Below, piece by piece: positions 1 to 9,852 of a stretch of 64,000 nt of DNA. Under the pieces are notes generated by a model, which made no database searches, was not told the DNA's origin, and saw only the letters and a program-made list of their open reading frames with translations. Position 1 is the stretch's first letter, and every line of letters begins with the position of its first letter. The DNA is taken from IMG/VR virus record IMGVR_UViG_3300027396_000015; one strand, given 5' to 3'. The DNA comes from an uncultured virus (IMG/VR IMGVR_UViG_3300027396_000015) (Duplodnaviria > Heunggongvirae > Uroviricota > Caudoviricetes). Position numbers and translations under genes: made by a program.

Positions 1-2
1 CA

Positions 3-1517
3 CTTGCAGATCTAGGTTTAGTTCCACAAAACGCAAAAACATCTACAGCACTAGGACGTATGTTCCGTGGCGACGACAAAGGCGAACACGATACCGCAGT
101 TAAAGGTACTAGTGACAAAGTTAATAAAGATCGCCAGACTGCCGAAATTAAAGCAGAAAAACTTCCGCAATTAGCGGACTTGGTTAAAAAGTTACAATCT
201 ATTACTGGTGGATCAGATACCGGAACAGCAAGTAGCGGAACTGGACTTAAGATGCCAGGCATGACTGCTAATGCTCCAAAACTTGGTGGATTAAAAGTTG
301 GTGAAGGAAGTATCTTTGAATCATTGATGAGAGAATTCCAAGACGTAGTTGGTGATGTACCAATGCAAGAGCAACTAAGTCCAGAAGCCAAGGCAGTGGC
401 AGATCAAATTAATGCGTTAATTGACGAATTAGAAACTTTAGGAGATGATCCAGAAGTACGTAAAGCAATCGATGATGCTAAGAAAACTGTTGCAGATGTT
501 GAAGCAGCCGAAAAAGCAAAATACGATGCAAAGATGGATAAAGACTTAGATGCCGCAAGTGCAGAAGCAGATAAAGTTGCCGCTGATACTAAAGCATCTC
601 AAGACAAGACTGCACAAGATAAGACTGCACAAGATAAGAAGACTGCTGGTGCAGATCCTGCAATTCAGAAAATTCAAGAACAACTAAAAGCATTAGGTGT
701 TGACCCTGGTCCAATCGATGGTAAGATGGGTCCTAAAACTGTTGCTGGTATTAAAGCATTTGAAAAGATGGCAGGCAAACCAGAAACTGGTAAAGTTACT
801 CCTGAACTATCTACACTATTGGCAGACGGTAAAAATATCGTTGCACGTAGTCAGTTAACACAATCATTAACTGCTATCGAAGCAATCGTTACTAAGTACA
901 AAATTTCTGAAAGTGTAACTGAAGAAGATGTATTAGCAATGACTGAAAACGAAGCAAGAGCGTTTGTTATGAAAAATATCAAATACTTTAGCGAAGCAGA
1001 ACAAATTGCTATTACAAGAGATTATCTAAGTGAAGCACCTGTGCCAGCACTACCTGGTCCTGGCGGCAAACTACCGGCACTATCTACACCAGGTGGTGCT
1101 AATCCAAACGTCATCGATGTTCCATTCAGAGACATTACTCCAAAACCAAGTTGGGGACAACGTGCCATGGACTTTGTCAAAGGCGCAGGATCAAAGGCAC
1201 TTGGTGTACTAAAGAATCCAAAAGCGGCTATTGCAACTGCCGCTGTTGGTGGGGCATTGGCACTAGGCGCACTATGGAAAGCATTTAGCGGCGGTGACAT
1301 TGAAATGGATCCAAAAGATCTAGCAGAACTACAGAAGCATTTGAAAGTTCTAGATCAATATGGACAAGATCCTGCAATCAAAGCAGGCTTACCAGCAGAT
1401 GTCCAAAAACGTCTAGATGTTGTAATTTCCAAGTTAGACAAACTTAAAAAGGCTAAGGCAGCAGGCGGACAACAACCTGCGGCTCCTGCGGCAGCACCTG
1501 CGGCTCCAGCAAAGTAA
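3..1517 (+). CDS. Ala/Lys-rich protein with peptidoglycan-binding (PG_binding_1-like) domain, probably virion-associated; 5'-truncated by window edge
   Basis: Frame is open from position 3 through the ATG at 60. Motif DPAIQKIQEQLKALGVDPGPIDGKMGPKTVAGIKAFEK is typical of PG-binding domains. Hydrophobic segment AAIATAAVGGALALGALW near the C-terminus. Confidence 0.6.
   Translation, partial: LADLGLVPQNAKTSTALGRMFRGDDKGEHDTAVKGTSDKVNKDRQTAEIKAEKLPQLADLVKKLQSITGGSDTGTASSGTGLKMPGMTANAPKLGGLKVGEGSIFESLMREFQDVVGDVPMQEQLSPEAKAVADQINALIDELETLGDDPEVRKAIDDAKKTVADVEAAEKAKYDAKMDKDLDAASAEADKVAADTKASQDKTAQDKTAQDKKTAGADPAIQKIQEQLKALGVDPGPIDGKMGPKTVAGIKAFEKMAGKPETGKVTPELSTLLADGKNIVARSQLTQSLTAIEAIVTKYKISESVTEEDVLAMTENEARAFVMKNIKYFSEAEQIAITRDYLSEAPVPALPGPGGKLPALSTPGGANPNVIDVPFRDITPKPSWGQRAMDFVKGAGSKALGVLKNPKAAIATAAVGGALALGALWKAFSGGDIEMDPKDLAELQKHLKVLDQYGQDPAIKAGLPADVQKRLDVVISKLDKLKKAKAAGGQQPAAPAAAPAAPAK
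600..648 (+). repeat. In-frame tandem repeat encoding QDKTA-QDKTA-QDKKTA
   Basis: caagacaagactgca caagataagactgca caagataagaagactgc. Confidence 0.75.
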
Positions 1518-1530
1518 AATACTAACACTT

Positions 1531-1557
1531 AAAAAGCGGCTTCGGCCGCTTTTTTTG
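1531..1557 (+). terminator. Rho-independent terminator (probably bidirectional)
   Basis: AAAAAGCGGC-TTCG-GCCGCTTTTTTT: GC stem, C(UUCG)G loop, U-tract, A-tract on the other side. Confidence 0.92.
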
Positions 1558-1576
1558 TCTTTTGACAAAATATTCG

Positions 1577-1605
1577 TTGACTCTGATCAAATAAACATAT
1601 ATAAT
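1577..1605 (+). promoter_or_regulatory. sigma70-type early promoter
   Basis: TTGACT(1577)-17 nt-TATAAT(1600), upstream of AAGGAG SD of the 1630 gene. Confidence 0.8.
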
Positions 1606-1629
1606 TAAACTTATTACTAAGGAGATATC

Positions 1630-1890
1630 ATGGGCAATAGAACCTATGGACCAGAAGAAAAGGCCAAACTAGAGCGACTAATTAACGAAGGCGTTCAAGT
1701 CAAATATGAAATTGAAAGTCTGACAGAAGGCTTAAAAGAAACAGTTAAGGCAGTAGCAGAAGAATTAGAAATCAAACCTGCACTAATTAACAAAGCAATC
1801 AGTATTGCACACAAAGGCAACTGGAACGATGTATTCAGTGATTTCGATGATTTAGAAACAATTATCGTTACTGTTGGCAAAGACAAATGA
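1630..1890 (+). CDS. Phage double-stranded DNA-binding protein (T4 DsbA / GapR-like)
   Basis: 86 aa helical protein, pattern KLERLINEG...EIESLTEGLKETVKAVAEELEIKPALINKAI; strong SD. Confidence 0.65.
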   Translation: MGNRTYGPEEKAKLERLINEGVQVKYEIESLTEGLKETVKAVAEELEIKPALINKAISIAHKGNWNDVFSDFDDLETIIVTVGKDK

Positions 1891-2180
1891 TAGACGCTAT
1901 TTTTGGGCCAACTATACAATGGATCAAGGATGACTGGAATAGTCATCCATTTCGATTTATTGTTGAGTTACTTGCCTGGGCTGTTAGTATTGGCTGTAGT
2001 ATTACTATGGCCGTTACTGTACCTAATCCGCCATTGCTTGCTCTGTATCCTGTATGGATTAGCGGCTGTGCGATGTATGCGTGGGCCGCTTATACTAGAA
2101 AATCATTTGGTATGCTAGCCAACTATATCTTGCTAACCACTATCGACACAGTTGGCTTGATCAGAATGCTAATTAACTAA
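1887..2180 (+). CDS. Small membrane protein, hypothetical
   Basis: 97 aa, about 3 hydrophobic segments; ATGA overlap with upstream gene. Confidence 0.65.
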   Translation: MIDAIFGPTIQWIKDDWNSHPFRFIVELLAWAVSIGCSITMAVTVPNPPLLALYPVWISGCAMYAWAAYTRKSFGMLANYILLTTIDTVGLIRMLIN

Positions 2181-2195
2181 TATAAAGAAAGGTTT

Positions 2196-2248
2196 AGTCA
2201 GCCACAAATGACTTGTTTGGTATTTGCCAGCCCTAAATGGCATAGGAG
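2196..2248 (+). promoter_or_regulatory. Twin stem-loop putative translational operator before DNA polymerase
   Basis: AGTCA-GCCACAAA-TGACT (2196-2213) and TGCCA-GCCCTAAA-TGGCA (2225-2242) abutting SD TAGGAG. Confidence 0.6.
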
Positions 2249-2260
2249 AAAAATTAAAAT

Positions 2261-4930
2261 ATGAGTTACGTTGACGCTCTCTTTGACAGAGAGAATGATA
2301 TTATTAAGGTCGTAGAGCGAAACGACCAAGGCGAACGGGTTTTCAAAGAACATCCTGTACGCTACACGTTTTACTATCCGGATCAAAAAGGCAAGTTTAC
2401 TAGCATTTACGGCGATCCGCTGACTAGGGTAGTTTGTAAAAACACCAAAGACTTTCGAAAAGAATTAGCCATTAACAGTGGTAAGGACTTATACGAAAGC
2501 GACATCAATCCAATTTTTGTACATCTAAGCGAAAACTATCTAAATCAAGATGCACCTAATCTAAATATTTGCTTCTTCGACATTGAGGTGGACTTCGATC
2601 CAGAACGCGGCTATAGCACTCCTGAAGATGCGTTTATGCCAATTACTGCTATCACAGTTCACCTAAAATGGTTAGACAAATTAATTACACTGGCTCTTCC
2701 TCCAAAGACATTAACCTTTGCTGAAGCCGAAGCGTTAGTAGCCGATATTCCAGATACACATCTGTTTACTAATGAAGCAGATATGTTGGAAACATTCTTA
2801 GATTTAATTCAAGATGCAGACATTATCACAGGTTGGAACAGCGAAGGCTATGATATTCCTTATACTGTTAACCGTGTGACACAGGTGTTAAGTAAAGAAG
2901 ATACAAGACGTTTCTGTCTATGGAATCAATTTCCTAAACGTAGAGAATATGAAAAGTATGGCAAGACTGCACAAACATATGACTTAATTGGTCGTGTACA
3001 CTTAGACAGTCTAGAACTTTATCGCAAGTTTACCTACGAAGAACGACACACCTATCGATTAGATGCCATCGGTGAAATGGAAATTGGCGAGAACAAAACT
3101 GTTTACGAAGGCACACTTGATCAACTATACAACAATGACTTTAAAAGATTTATTGTGTATAACAGACAAGACGTTGCACTATTAAACAAACTAGATGAAA
3201 AACTTAAATTCATTGACCTTGCTAATAAAATTGCACATGAAAATACTGTATTATTACAGACTACAATGGGTGCTGTGGCTGTTACCGAACAGGCTATTAT
3301 TAACGAAGCGCATCGTAGAGGTTTCCAAGTTCCTAATCGTCCTAAACGAGATGACGATGAAAATACTGCGGCTGCTGGTGCTTATGTAGCACATCCGAAA
3401 GAAGGTCTGCAAGATTGGATTGGATCGCTGGATATTAACAGTCTTTATCCAAGCGCCATTCGTGCGCTTAACATGGGTCCGGAAACTATTGTAGGTCAAT
3501 TACGTCCTACAATGACAGAAGCATTTATCCATGAACAAATGACTCTTAAAAAGAAATCGTTTGCAGGCAGTTGGGAAGGCAAGTTTGGAACTGACGAATA
3601 CGAAGCAGTTATGGCACAACGTAAAGATGTGGAAATTACCATAGACTGGGAAGATGGCAACAGTACTGTACACAGTGGTGCAGAAGTATATAAAGTTATT
3701 TTTGATAGTCATCAGCCTTGGATGCTTTCGGCAAATGGTACAATCTTTACCTACGAAAAGGAAGGTATTATTCCTGGACTGTTAAAGCGTTGGTATGCTG
3801 AACGTAAAGAAATGCAGGCCAAATTAAAAGAATGTATTCAGGCAGGTAACAAGGTCGAAGAAGAGTATTGGGATAAACGTCAGTTAGTTAAAAAGATTAA
3901 CTTGAACAGTTTGTATGGTGCTATTCTTAACCCAGGTTGTAGATTCTTCGATAAACGTATTGGACAGTCAACTACTCTAGTCGGTAGACAAATTGCCAAA
4001 CACATGGCTAGTAAAGTAAATGAAATTATCACAGGTGAATACAATCACGTAGGTAAGGCAGTTATCTATGGTGATACAGACTCTTGTTATTTCAGTGCAT
4101 ATACTACATTAAAGAAAGACATCGAATCTGGAGTTATTCCTTGGACTAAGGAAAACGTTACTGCACTCTATGACCAAATTGGCGAGGAAGTAAACAGTAC
4201 ATTCGTTAAGTTTATGGAGCAGGCATTTCATTGCCCGCCAAGTCGTGGTGATGTTATTCGAGCAGGTCGAGAAATTGTTGCTAGTAAAGGATTGTTTATT
4301 ACTAAGAAACGTTATGCTGTACTTTACTATGATAAAGAAGGCAAACGTGCAGACGTAGATGGTAAACCAGGCAAGATCAAGGCCATGGGCTTAGACTTGA
4401 AGCGCAGTGATACTCCTGCATTTATTCAAGACTTTTTAAGTGATGTACTTGAGAAAGTTCTAACTGGTGCTACAGAAGAACAAGTATTAGATCACATTAC
4501 TCAATTCCGTACAGAGTTTAAGGCCCGTCCTGGTTGGGAGAAAGGTTCTCCTAAGCGAGCCAACAACATTACTGAGTACGAAGCCAAAGAAAAGAAACAG
4601 GGCAAGGCTAATATGCCTGGACACGTTCGTGCAAGTATTAATTGGAATACTCTGCGTCGAATGAATTCGGACAAGTATAGTATGCAGGTCACAGACGGCC
4701 AAAAAGTTATTGTATGTAAACTCAAAGCAAATCCGCTAGGGTACACATCGGTAGCATATCCTGTAGACGAACTACGTTTGCCTAAATGGTTTATGGAACT
4801 TCCATTCGACGATGCAGAAATGGAACAAACTATTATAGATAACAAACTAGAAAACTTAATTGGAGTTCTTAACTGGGATATTAAATCCACAGAAGAAAAG
4901 AACACATTTAATCAACTGTTTGAGTTTTAA
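2261..4930 (+). CDS. Family B DNA polymerase (T4 gp43-like)
   Basis: Exo motifs FDIEV, GWNSEGYDIPY, YNRQDV; pol motifs SLDINSLYPS, KKINLNSLYG, YGDTDS, KKRY. Confidence 0.97.
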   Translation: MSYVDALFDRENDIIKVVERNDQGERVFKEHPVRYTFYYPDQKGKFTSIYGDPLTRVVCKNTKDFRKELAINSGKDLYESDINPIFVHLSENYLNQDAPNLNICFFDIEVDFDPERGYSTPEDAFMPITAITVHLKWLDKLITLALPPKTLTFAEAEALVADIPDTHLFTNEADMLETFLDLIQDADIITGWNSEGYDIPYTVNRVTQVLSKEDTRRFCLWNQFPKRREYEKYGKTAQTYDLIGRVHLDSLELYRKFTYEERHTYRLDAIGEMEIGENKTVYEGTLDQLYNNDFKRFIVYNRQDVALLNKLDEKLKFIDLANKIAHENTVLLQTTMGAVAVTEQAIINEAHRRGFQVPNRPKRDDDENTAAAGAYVAHPKEGLQDWIGSLDINSLYPSAIRALNMGPETIVGQLRPTMTEAFIHEQMTLKKKSFAGSWEGKFGTDEYEAVMAQRKDVEITIDWEDGNSTVHSGAEVYKVIFDSHQPWMLSANGTIFTYEKEGIIPGLLKRWYAERKEMQAKLKECIQAGNKVEEEYWDKRQLVKKINLNSLYGAILNPGCRFFDKRIGQSTTLVGRQIAKHMASKVNEIITGEYNHVGKAVIYGDTDSCYFSAYTTLKKDIESGVIPWTKENVTALYDQIGEEVNSTFVKFMEQAFHCPPSRGDVIRAGREIVASKGLFITKKRYAVLYYDKEGKRADVDGKPGKIKAMGLDLKRSDTPAFIQDFLSDVLEKVLTGATEEQVLDHITQFRTEFKARPGWEKGSPKRANNITEYEAKEKKQGKANMPGHVRASINWNTLRRMNSDKYSMQVTDGQKVIVCKLKANPLGYTSVAYPVDELRLPKWFMELPFDDAEMEQTIIDNKLENLIGVLNWDIKSTEEKNTFNQLFEF

Positions 4931-4934
4931 AGAC

Positions 4935-4963
4935 TTGACTTTGACCAAAAACCTAAATATAAT
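4935..4963 (+). promoter_or_regulatory. sigma70 promoter with embedded late-type TAAATA box
   Basis: TTGACT(4935)-17-TATAAT(4958); CCTAAATA overlaps the -10 region. Confidence 0.75.
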
Positions 4964-4984
4964 CAACATTAAGGAGAACTATAA

Positions 4985-5719
4985 ATGATTAAAGATATTC
5001 TAACCGACATCGTAGCACATACACATAGCCTAGGCTTTTTGCCTTTGGTAAAAATTACAGGTGCTAAAGATAGCACAACTATCGAATCAATGGCAGAGGA
5101 TCGTAGCGTTATTGTTACTGCTACTGCACACAAGCCAGTATCAGAGTTTGATGGCACATTTGGTATGCCAAACTTGGACAAGTTAAATCTTCACTTGAAG
5201 AATCCAGAGTATAAAGAAAACGCAAAGATCGATGTAGTTACTGCGGAACGTAACGGCAACACAGTTCCAGTAGGTTTGCACTTTGAAAACCAAGCAGGTG
5301 ACTTCCAAAACGATTATCGTTTCATGGCATCAGAACTTATTAACGAAAAACTAAAATCTGTTAAGTTCAAAGGTGCAACATGGGAAGTTGAGTTTGAACC
5401 AAGCATGGCGGCAATTGGTCGTTTGAAGTTACAAAGTGCGGCACACAGTGAAGAAACTGTTTTCCAAGTTCGTACAGAAGATAACAATCTTGTATTCTTC
5501 TTCGGTGATGCAAGTACACACGCAGGTTCTTTTGTATTCCAACACGATGTTGGCGGCAAGTTAAAGCACACATGGTCATGGCCTGTTGCACAAGTACAAA
5601 GCATTTTAAATCTCGATGGTAATATTACTATGAAGATTGCAGATGCAGGTGCTATGCAGATTACTGTTGACAGCGGTGTTGCTGTATATGATTACATCTT
5701 GCCAGCACAGAGCAAATAA
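4985..5719 (+). CDS. Probable DNA polymerase sliding clamp (gp45-like)
   Basis: 244 aa, alternating beta/alpha pattern, directly after the polymerase, ends in YDYILPA; size fits a clamp subunit; inference from context. Confidence 0.55.
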   Translation: MIKDILTDIVAHTHSLGFLPLVKITGAKDSTTIESMAEDRSVIVTATAHKPVSEFDGTFGMPNLDKLNLHLKNPEYKENAKIDVVTAERNGNTVPVGLHFENQAGDFQNDYRFMASELINEKLKSVKFKGATWEVEFEPSMAAIGRLKLQSAAHSEETVFQVRTEDNNLVFFFGDASTHAGSFVFQHDVGGKLKHTWSWPVAQVQSILNLDGNITMKIADAGAMQITVDSGVAVYDYILPAQSK

Positions 5720-5721
5720 TC

Positions 5722-6075
5722 ATGACTATTGAACAATTACTATACGCTAACATTGCCGCCGTAGTTTTATTGGTTATCGTTTATCATAGAACAGGTTGGC
5801 AAAAAGTTAAAGAATGCTACGGCATGTGGTTTACAAAAGAGTATTGGACTAATTATAATACTGTAGAATTTGTAAGTTGGTTTGCTAAGGCATTGATTAT
5901 TGTGCCAGGATTAATCTTTGGCATTAGCCTTTGGTGGTTGTACTTTTTGACTTTGGCTACTAGTCTAGCATTAATTTGGGCCAGTAATAAAAAGTTTTTG
6001 CCAACTTTAGTAGGGTTTAATACTGTATGGACTTGGATTAGTTGTATGGTATTGGCACAGCATTTAATAAAATGA
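5722..6075 (+). CDS. Hypothetical membrane protein
   Basis: 117 aa, about 4 hydrophobic segments. Confidence 0.65.
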   Translation: MTIEQLLYANIAAVVLLVIVYHRTGWQKVKECYGMWFTKEYWTNYNTVEFVSWFAKALIIVPGLIFGISLWWLYFLTLATSLALIWASNKKFLPTLVGFNTVWTWISCMVLAQHLIK

Positions 6076-6296
6076 AACTATTTAATTGGAATCGTTACGA
6101 AACAATAACTGAAGGTCCAATGGCTCACGATTATACTAATGCGTCTGTTAGAAAAGAAATATACGAGGCTTATAATAAGCGTTATAAAATTTCAGTAACT
6201 CCCCTGACGCATCCAGAGCATTATGATCCGTTGGATCCTCCGTTAGGCTGGGCTTACGACCCTTACTACGAAATTTGGATACAACTTAATGAATAA
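6072..6296 (+). CDS. Hypothetical protein
   Basis: ATG at 6072 coupled to upstream stop (ATGA); PPLGWAYDPYYEIW motif. Confidence 0.55.
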   Translation: MKLFNWNRYETITEGPMAHDYTNASVRKEIYEAYNKRYKISVTPLTHPEHYDPLDPPLGWAYDPYYEIWIQLNE

Positions 6297-7836
6297 AAAT
6301 TTAACCGCAACACAAAACGACTACGCATACTTTTTGCCGGCAACTAGCGGTTTCTATAGTACCTTTATAGGTAAACAAAGATATGGAAACTATGTTGATC
6401 CGGCAAGAGTTCCTGCTAGTTTTAAAAACGGAGTAGAAAGTCTAAACTACTTAGAACCGGAAAAAGGTGCGTTCTACTATGACCACTGCTTGTATAGTGC
6501 AGGTCATGCTAATCTAGACCTTAACAAAGTTGATCACAGCGAAGATATGTTTCGTAATAGAGATCGCAGTACTAGTTGGGTACTAGGCGACTCCGGTGGT
6601 TTCCAAATTGGTAAAGGTGTATGGGAAGGCGATTGGAAGAATCCCAACTGTCCTAAAGCACAAAAGAAACGTGAACAGGTTCTTAAGTGGATGGATAGTC
6701 TAATGGACTATGGTATGTGTCTTGATATCCCTGCTTGGGTAGCTCGTAGCCCTGCTGGACAAAAAGCCACAGGCATTACTACATACGCAGAAGCAGTTCA
6801 AGGTACTTACATTAACAACGATTGGTTTGTAAACAATCGCAATGGTAATTGTAAATTCTTAAACGTTCTCCAAGGTGAAAATCATACCGATGCAGACGAT
6901 TGGTATGACCGAATGAAGAAGTACTGCGATCCTACTGTCTACGGTGACCGTGCATTTAACGGTTGGGCCATGGGTGGTCAGAATATGTGTGATGTACACT
7001 TGGTATTAAAACGCCTAGTAGCATTACGATTTGACGGATTACTTGAACAGGGCAAACAAGACTGGATGCACTTCTTAGGTACTAGTAAATTAGAGTGGGC
7101 TTGTTTATTAACAGACATTCAACGTGCTGTACGCAAGTATCACAATCCTAACTTTACAATTAGTTTCGACTGTGCTAGTCCATTCTTAGCAACTGCAAAC
7201 GGACAAGTATACGTTCAAACAGAAACACAAGACAGAACTAAGTGGGTATATAGAATGTTACCTAGTATCGATAATAAAAAATATAGTAAAGATACTAGAC
7301 TATTCCGCGATGCAGTAGTACAGGACGGACATTTTAAAAACTTTGACAATAGTCCAATTATTGACGGGGTTCAAATTAAAGATGTTTGTATTTACGGGCC
7401 CGGGGATCTAAACAAGATTGGCAAGGAAGGTAAAACTTCGTGGGATAGTTTTAGTTACGCTATCTTAATGGGCCATAATGTTTGGATGCACATTAATGCT
7501 GTACAAGAAGCCAATCGTCAATACGATTTGGGCATTGTTCCTGCTATGTTAGTAGAAGAACGGTTTGATAGACTATTCTTTAAAGATGTAGTAGAAGCCA
7601 TTTTTGCTACTAGTAGTCGTGCAGAAGCAGACAAAGTCGTTGAAGAGTATAATAAATTTTGGCAAAGTATTATTGGAACTCGCGGAGCAGTAGGTAAGAA
7701 GACTGTAAACGCAAGTACACAATTTGCCAAACTGTTTGACGAAGTAGAGGAAGAGAGTGTACAATTAGAGCACGGTGAAGAATTTACCGATGATGAAATT
7801 GCTAAACTTGACGAACTCGAAGAAGGCGTAAAATGA
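6289..7836 (+). CDS. dpdA: tRNA-guanine transglycosylase-like DNA 7-deazaguanine insertase (DpdA family)
   Basis: TGT hallmark LGDSGGFQ, then MCLDIP, NVLQG, GWAMGG, HFLG, SFDCASP; lies in a cluster with folE/queE. Confidence 0.8.
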   Translation: MNKNLTATQNDYAYFLPATSGFYSTFIGKQRYGNYVDPARVPASFKNGVESLNYLEPEKGAFYYDHCLYSAGHANLDLNKVDHSEDMFRNRDRSTSWVLGDSGGFQIGKGVWEGDWKNPNCPKAQKKREQVLKWMDSLMDYGMCLDIPAWVARSPAGQKATGITTYAEAVQGTYINNDWFVNNRNGNCKFLNVLQGENHTDADDWYDRMKKYCDPTVYGDRAFNGWAMGGQNMCDVHLVLKRLVALRFDGLLEQGKQDWMHFLGTSKLEWACLLTDIQRAVRKYHNPNFTISFDCASPFLATANGQVYVQTETQDRTKWVYRMLPSIDNKKYSKDTRLFRDAVVQDGHFKNFDNSPIIDGVQIKDVCIYGPGDLNKIGKEGKTSWDSFSYAILMGHNVWMHINAVQEANRQYDLGIVPAMLVEERFDRLFFKDVVEAIFATSSRAEADKVVEEYNKFWQSIIGTRGAVGKKTVNASTQFAKLFDEVEEESVQLEHGEEFTDDEIAKLDELEEGVK

Positions 7837-8090
7837 AAAAACTACTAGGCATTGGTGTTTTAGCAGTATTAAGTTTTGGTTTGTTTTATAAAACGGCAGA
7901 TGCCGTGGGTCCAAACGACTACTATCTTGTAATTAAATTTGCAGAAACTGGCAACACCATTGCCCTAGCAGATAAATTCAATGGGCACGAAGCCTGTGTA
8001 TCCTCTCCGGATTATGCGCTACATCAATTAGCGGGCAAACAATCCGGATCTCTTATTAAATGTGTTAACGAACTACCAACATATAGATGA
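7833..8090 (+). CDS. Hypothetical exported protein
   Basis: Signal-peptide-like N-terminus MKKLLGIGVLAVLSFGLFYKTADA; two Cys. Confidence 0.55.
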   Translation: MKKLLGIGVLAVLSFGLFYKTADAVGPNDYYLVIKFAETGNTIALADKFNGHEACVSSPDYALHQLAGKQSGSLIKCVNELPTYR

Positions 8091-8965
8091 AAAGTTTAGT
8101 TGTAGGAATGGGAATAGGACAGTTATATAAATCTGTCCTAACTCAATTAGGTTATGAAGTTTGTACTGTCGATACAGACATTAATAAAAATGCCGACTTC
8201 CCTAGTATAGAACCAGCCATATTACTTCACGGGTCTTTTGACACCGTACATATTTGCACACCAAATTTTACGCATTTAGAATTAGCCGTTAAACTGGCTC
8301 CTATCAGTAAAATTGTCTTTATTGAAAAGCCTGGACTGATTAATAGAAACGAATGGGCTAAATTATGTAAAAGATTTCCACGCACACGATTTATGATGGT
8401 TAAAAATAATATGTGGCGTGACAATATTGCAGAATTACAGGAAAAGGCTAAAGTAGCAAAGAATGTAGACATCGAATGGATTAGAAAGAACTGTATTCCT
8501 AGCCCAGGTAGTTGGTTTACTACACGCAAACTAGCATTTGGCGGAGTTAGTAGGGACTTAATGCCACACTTATTAAGTTTGTATATTGCACTACATCCAG
8601 ACTGGCGCATAGAAAAAGTTAACGGCGAATCATCTATACAATCATGGCTGTTAAAAGATATCGAAAGCACAGAGTATGGTACTGTAAACCCAAATGGAAC
8701 TTATGATGTAGACGACCAGTGTCACATTGGATTTGGTTCTAAATGGAACTGCCGTGCTAACTGGCGCAGTATGACTGTTGAACGTAGTGCTATTACATTT
8801 ATTAATCAAGATAATACCAAAGATGTATTTGAGTTAGGCTGGTGTCCAGAAGAAGCGTACCTAAATATGATTAAAGATGCTGTAGAAAACCTAAATAATG
8901 ACGAGTACTGGAAAGTACAGTTAGAAATTGACCTTTGGATACACGAAAGAATAGAAAAACTATGA
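8087..8965 (+). CDS. Gfo/Idh/MocA family NAD(P)-dependent oxidoreductase
   Basis: VVGMGIG Rossmann motif, ICTPNFTH, FIEKP, GGVSRDLMPH. Confidence 0.85.
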   Translation: MKSLVVGMGIGQLYKSVLTQLGYEVCTVDTDINKNADFPSIEPAILLHGSFDTVHICTPNFTHLELAVKLAPISKIVFIEKPGLINRNEWAKLCKRFPRTRFMMVKNNMWRDNIAELQEKAKVAKNVDIEWIRKNCIPSPGSWFTTRKLAFGGVSRDLMPHLLSLYIALHPDWRIEKVNGESSIQSWLLKDIESTEYGTVNPNGTYDVDDQCHIGFGSKWNCRANWRSMTVERSAITFINQDNTKDVFELGWCPEEAYLNMIKDAVENLNNDEYWKVQLEIDLWIHERIEKL

Positions 8966-9852
8966 CACGCTGTCTACAAACAACTGGACAAGGTTACTTT
9001 GAAGAAGTAGAATATGCAAAGCCAGAACCTACGTCAACTGAAATTGAAGTTAAAGCAGTTATGACTGGTGTATGTCGCAGTGACATAGATATGATGCAGG
9101 GCAACTTTGGACCTTTACCACTACACATGCAAGGTCACGAAGGTCTAGGAATCGTAACTAAAGTCGGTGCCAGTGTATTAGGTGTTAAAGTAGGCGATTA
9201 TGTTGCTACCCGCGGCGAACCAGCATACGCAGATTATTACAACTGTCGTGACGGTGAGTTTGTAACAGTTTTAGAACTACATCCACGTTACATTTTAGAA
9301 CCAGTGGCCTGTGGTGTTAACTGTATTAGACAAGCGTATACTCTTTTTGAACGTAGACAAAATGGTAAATGCTTAATCCTAGGTAGTGGTTTCCTTGCAT
9401 GGGTAGTTTTTAATAACCTGGCACATCATTTTCCAGAACTTGAAGTAGATGTACTAGGTTCTAGTAATCAGGAACTTTGGGGAGATGCGTTACTGTTAGG
9501 TACTACCGACAGTTACGATTTGATAGTAGATTTATCTGGAAAATATCAACTAGGTACCGACATTAATCTAAATAACAATGCAGTAATCATTGATGCTGTT
9601 GGTAAAGCAGTAAGTAAAGAAGAAGCACAACAACAACTTTGGAAGGCTGTTACTACAGTTAAACCAAGTCCAAGAACAGAAGAATTTATTGGTGCTATGT
9701 TTGAAGCACGTTGGATGATTGAAAACGGTAAACTAGAGGTTGATTCTTTCTGGACAAAAGGTTATAATCGTAACACAGAATGGCAACAAGCATTTGCGGA
9801 TGGTGTGGATCGTCCAAATGGTTATAGCAGAGGTTATATTAAATGGGATTAA
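8962..9852 (+). CDS. Zn-dependent medium-chain (GroES-like) dehydrogenase
   Basis: GVCRSD, GHEGLG, VKVGDYV, LEPVAC, ILGSGFLA; no 4-Cys structural Zn lobe; start coupled ATGA at 8962. Confidence 0.85.
   Translation: MTRCLQTTGQGYFEEVEYAKPEPTSTEIEVKAVMTGVCRSDIDMMQGNFGPLPLHMQGHEGLGIVTKVGASVLGVKVGDYVATRGEPAYADYYNCRDGEFVTVLELHPRYILEPVACGVNCIRQAYTLFERRQNGKCLILGSGFLAWVVFNNLAHHFPELEVDVLGSSNQELWGDALLLGTTDSYDLIVDLSGKYQLGTDINLNNNAVIIDAVGKAVSKEEAQQQLWKAVTTVKPSPRTEEFIGAMFEARWMIENGKLEVDSFWTKGYNRNTEWQQAFADGVDRPNGYSRGYIKWD

Noticed and set aside
2261..4930. Intein or group I intron in the DNA polymerase (or in td)
   Set aside because: Both ORFs are continuous and of normal length; no intein or LAGLIDADG motifs seen
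6289..7836. Canonical tRNA-modifying Tgt (queuosine auxiliary gene)
   Set aside because: Highly divergent, lacks the C-terminal CxCxxC zinc site of bacterial Tgt, no queA/queF, and sits beside DNA replication genes; DNA-acting DpdA is more plausible, though not proven
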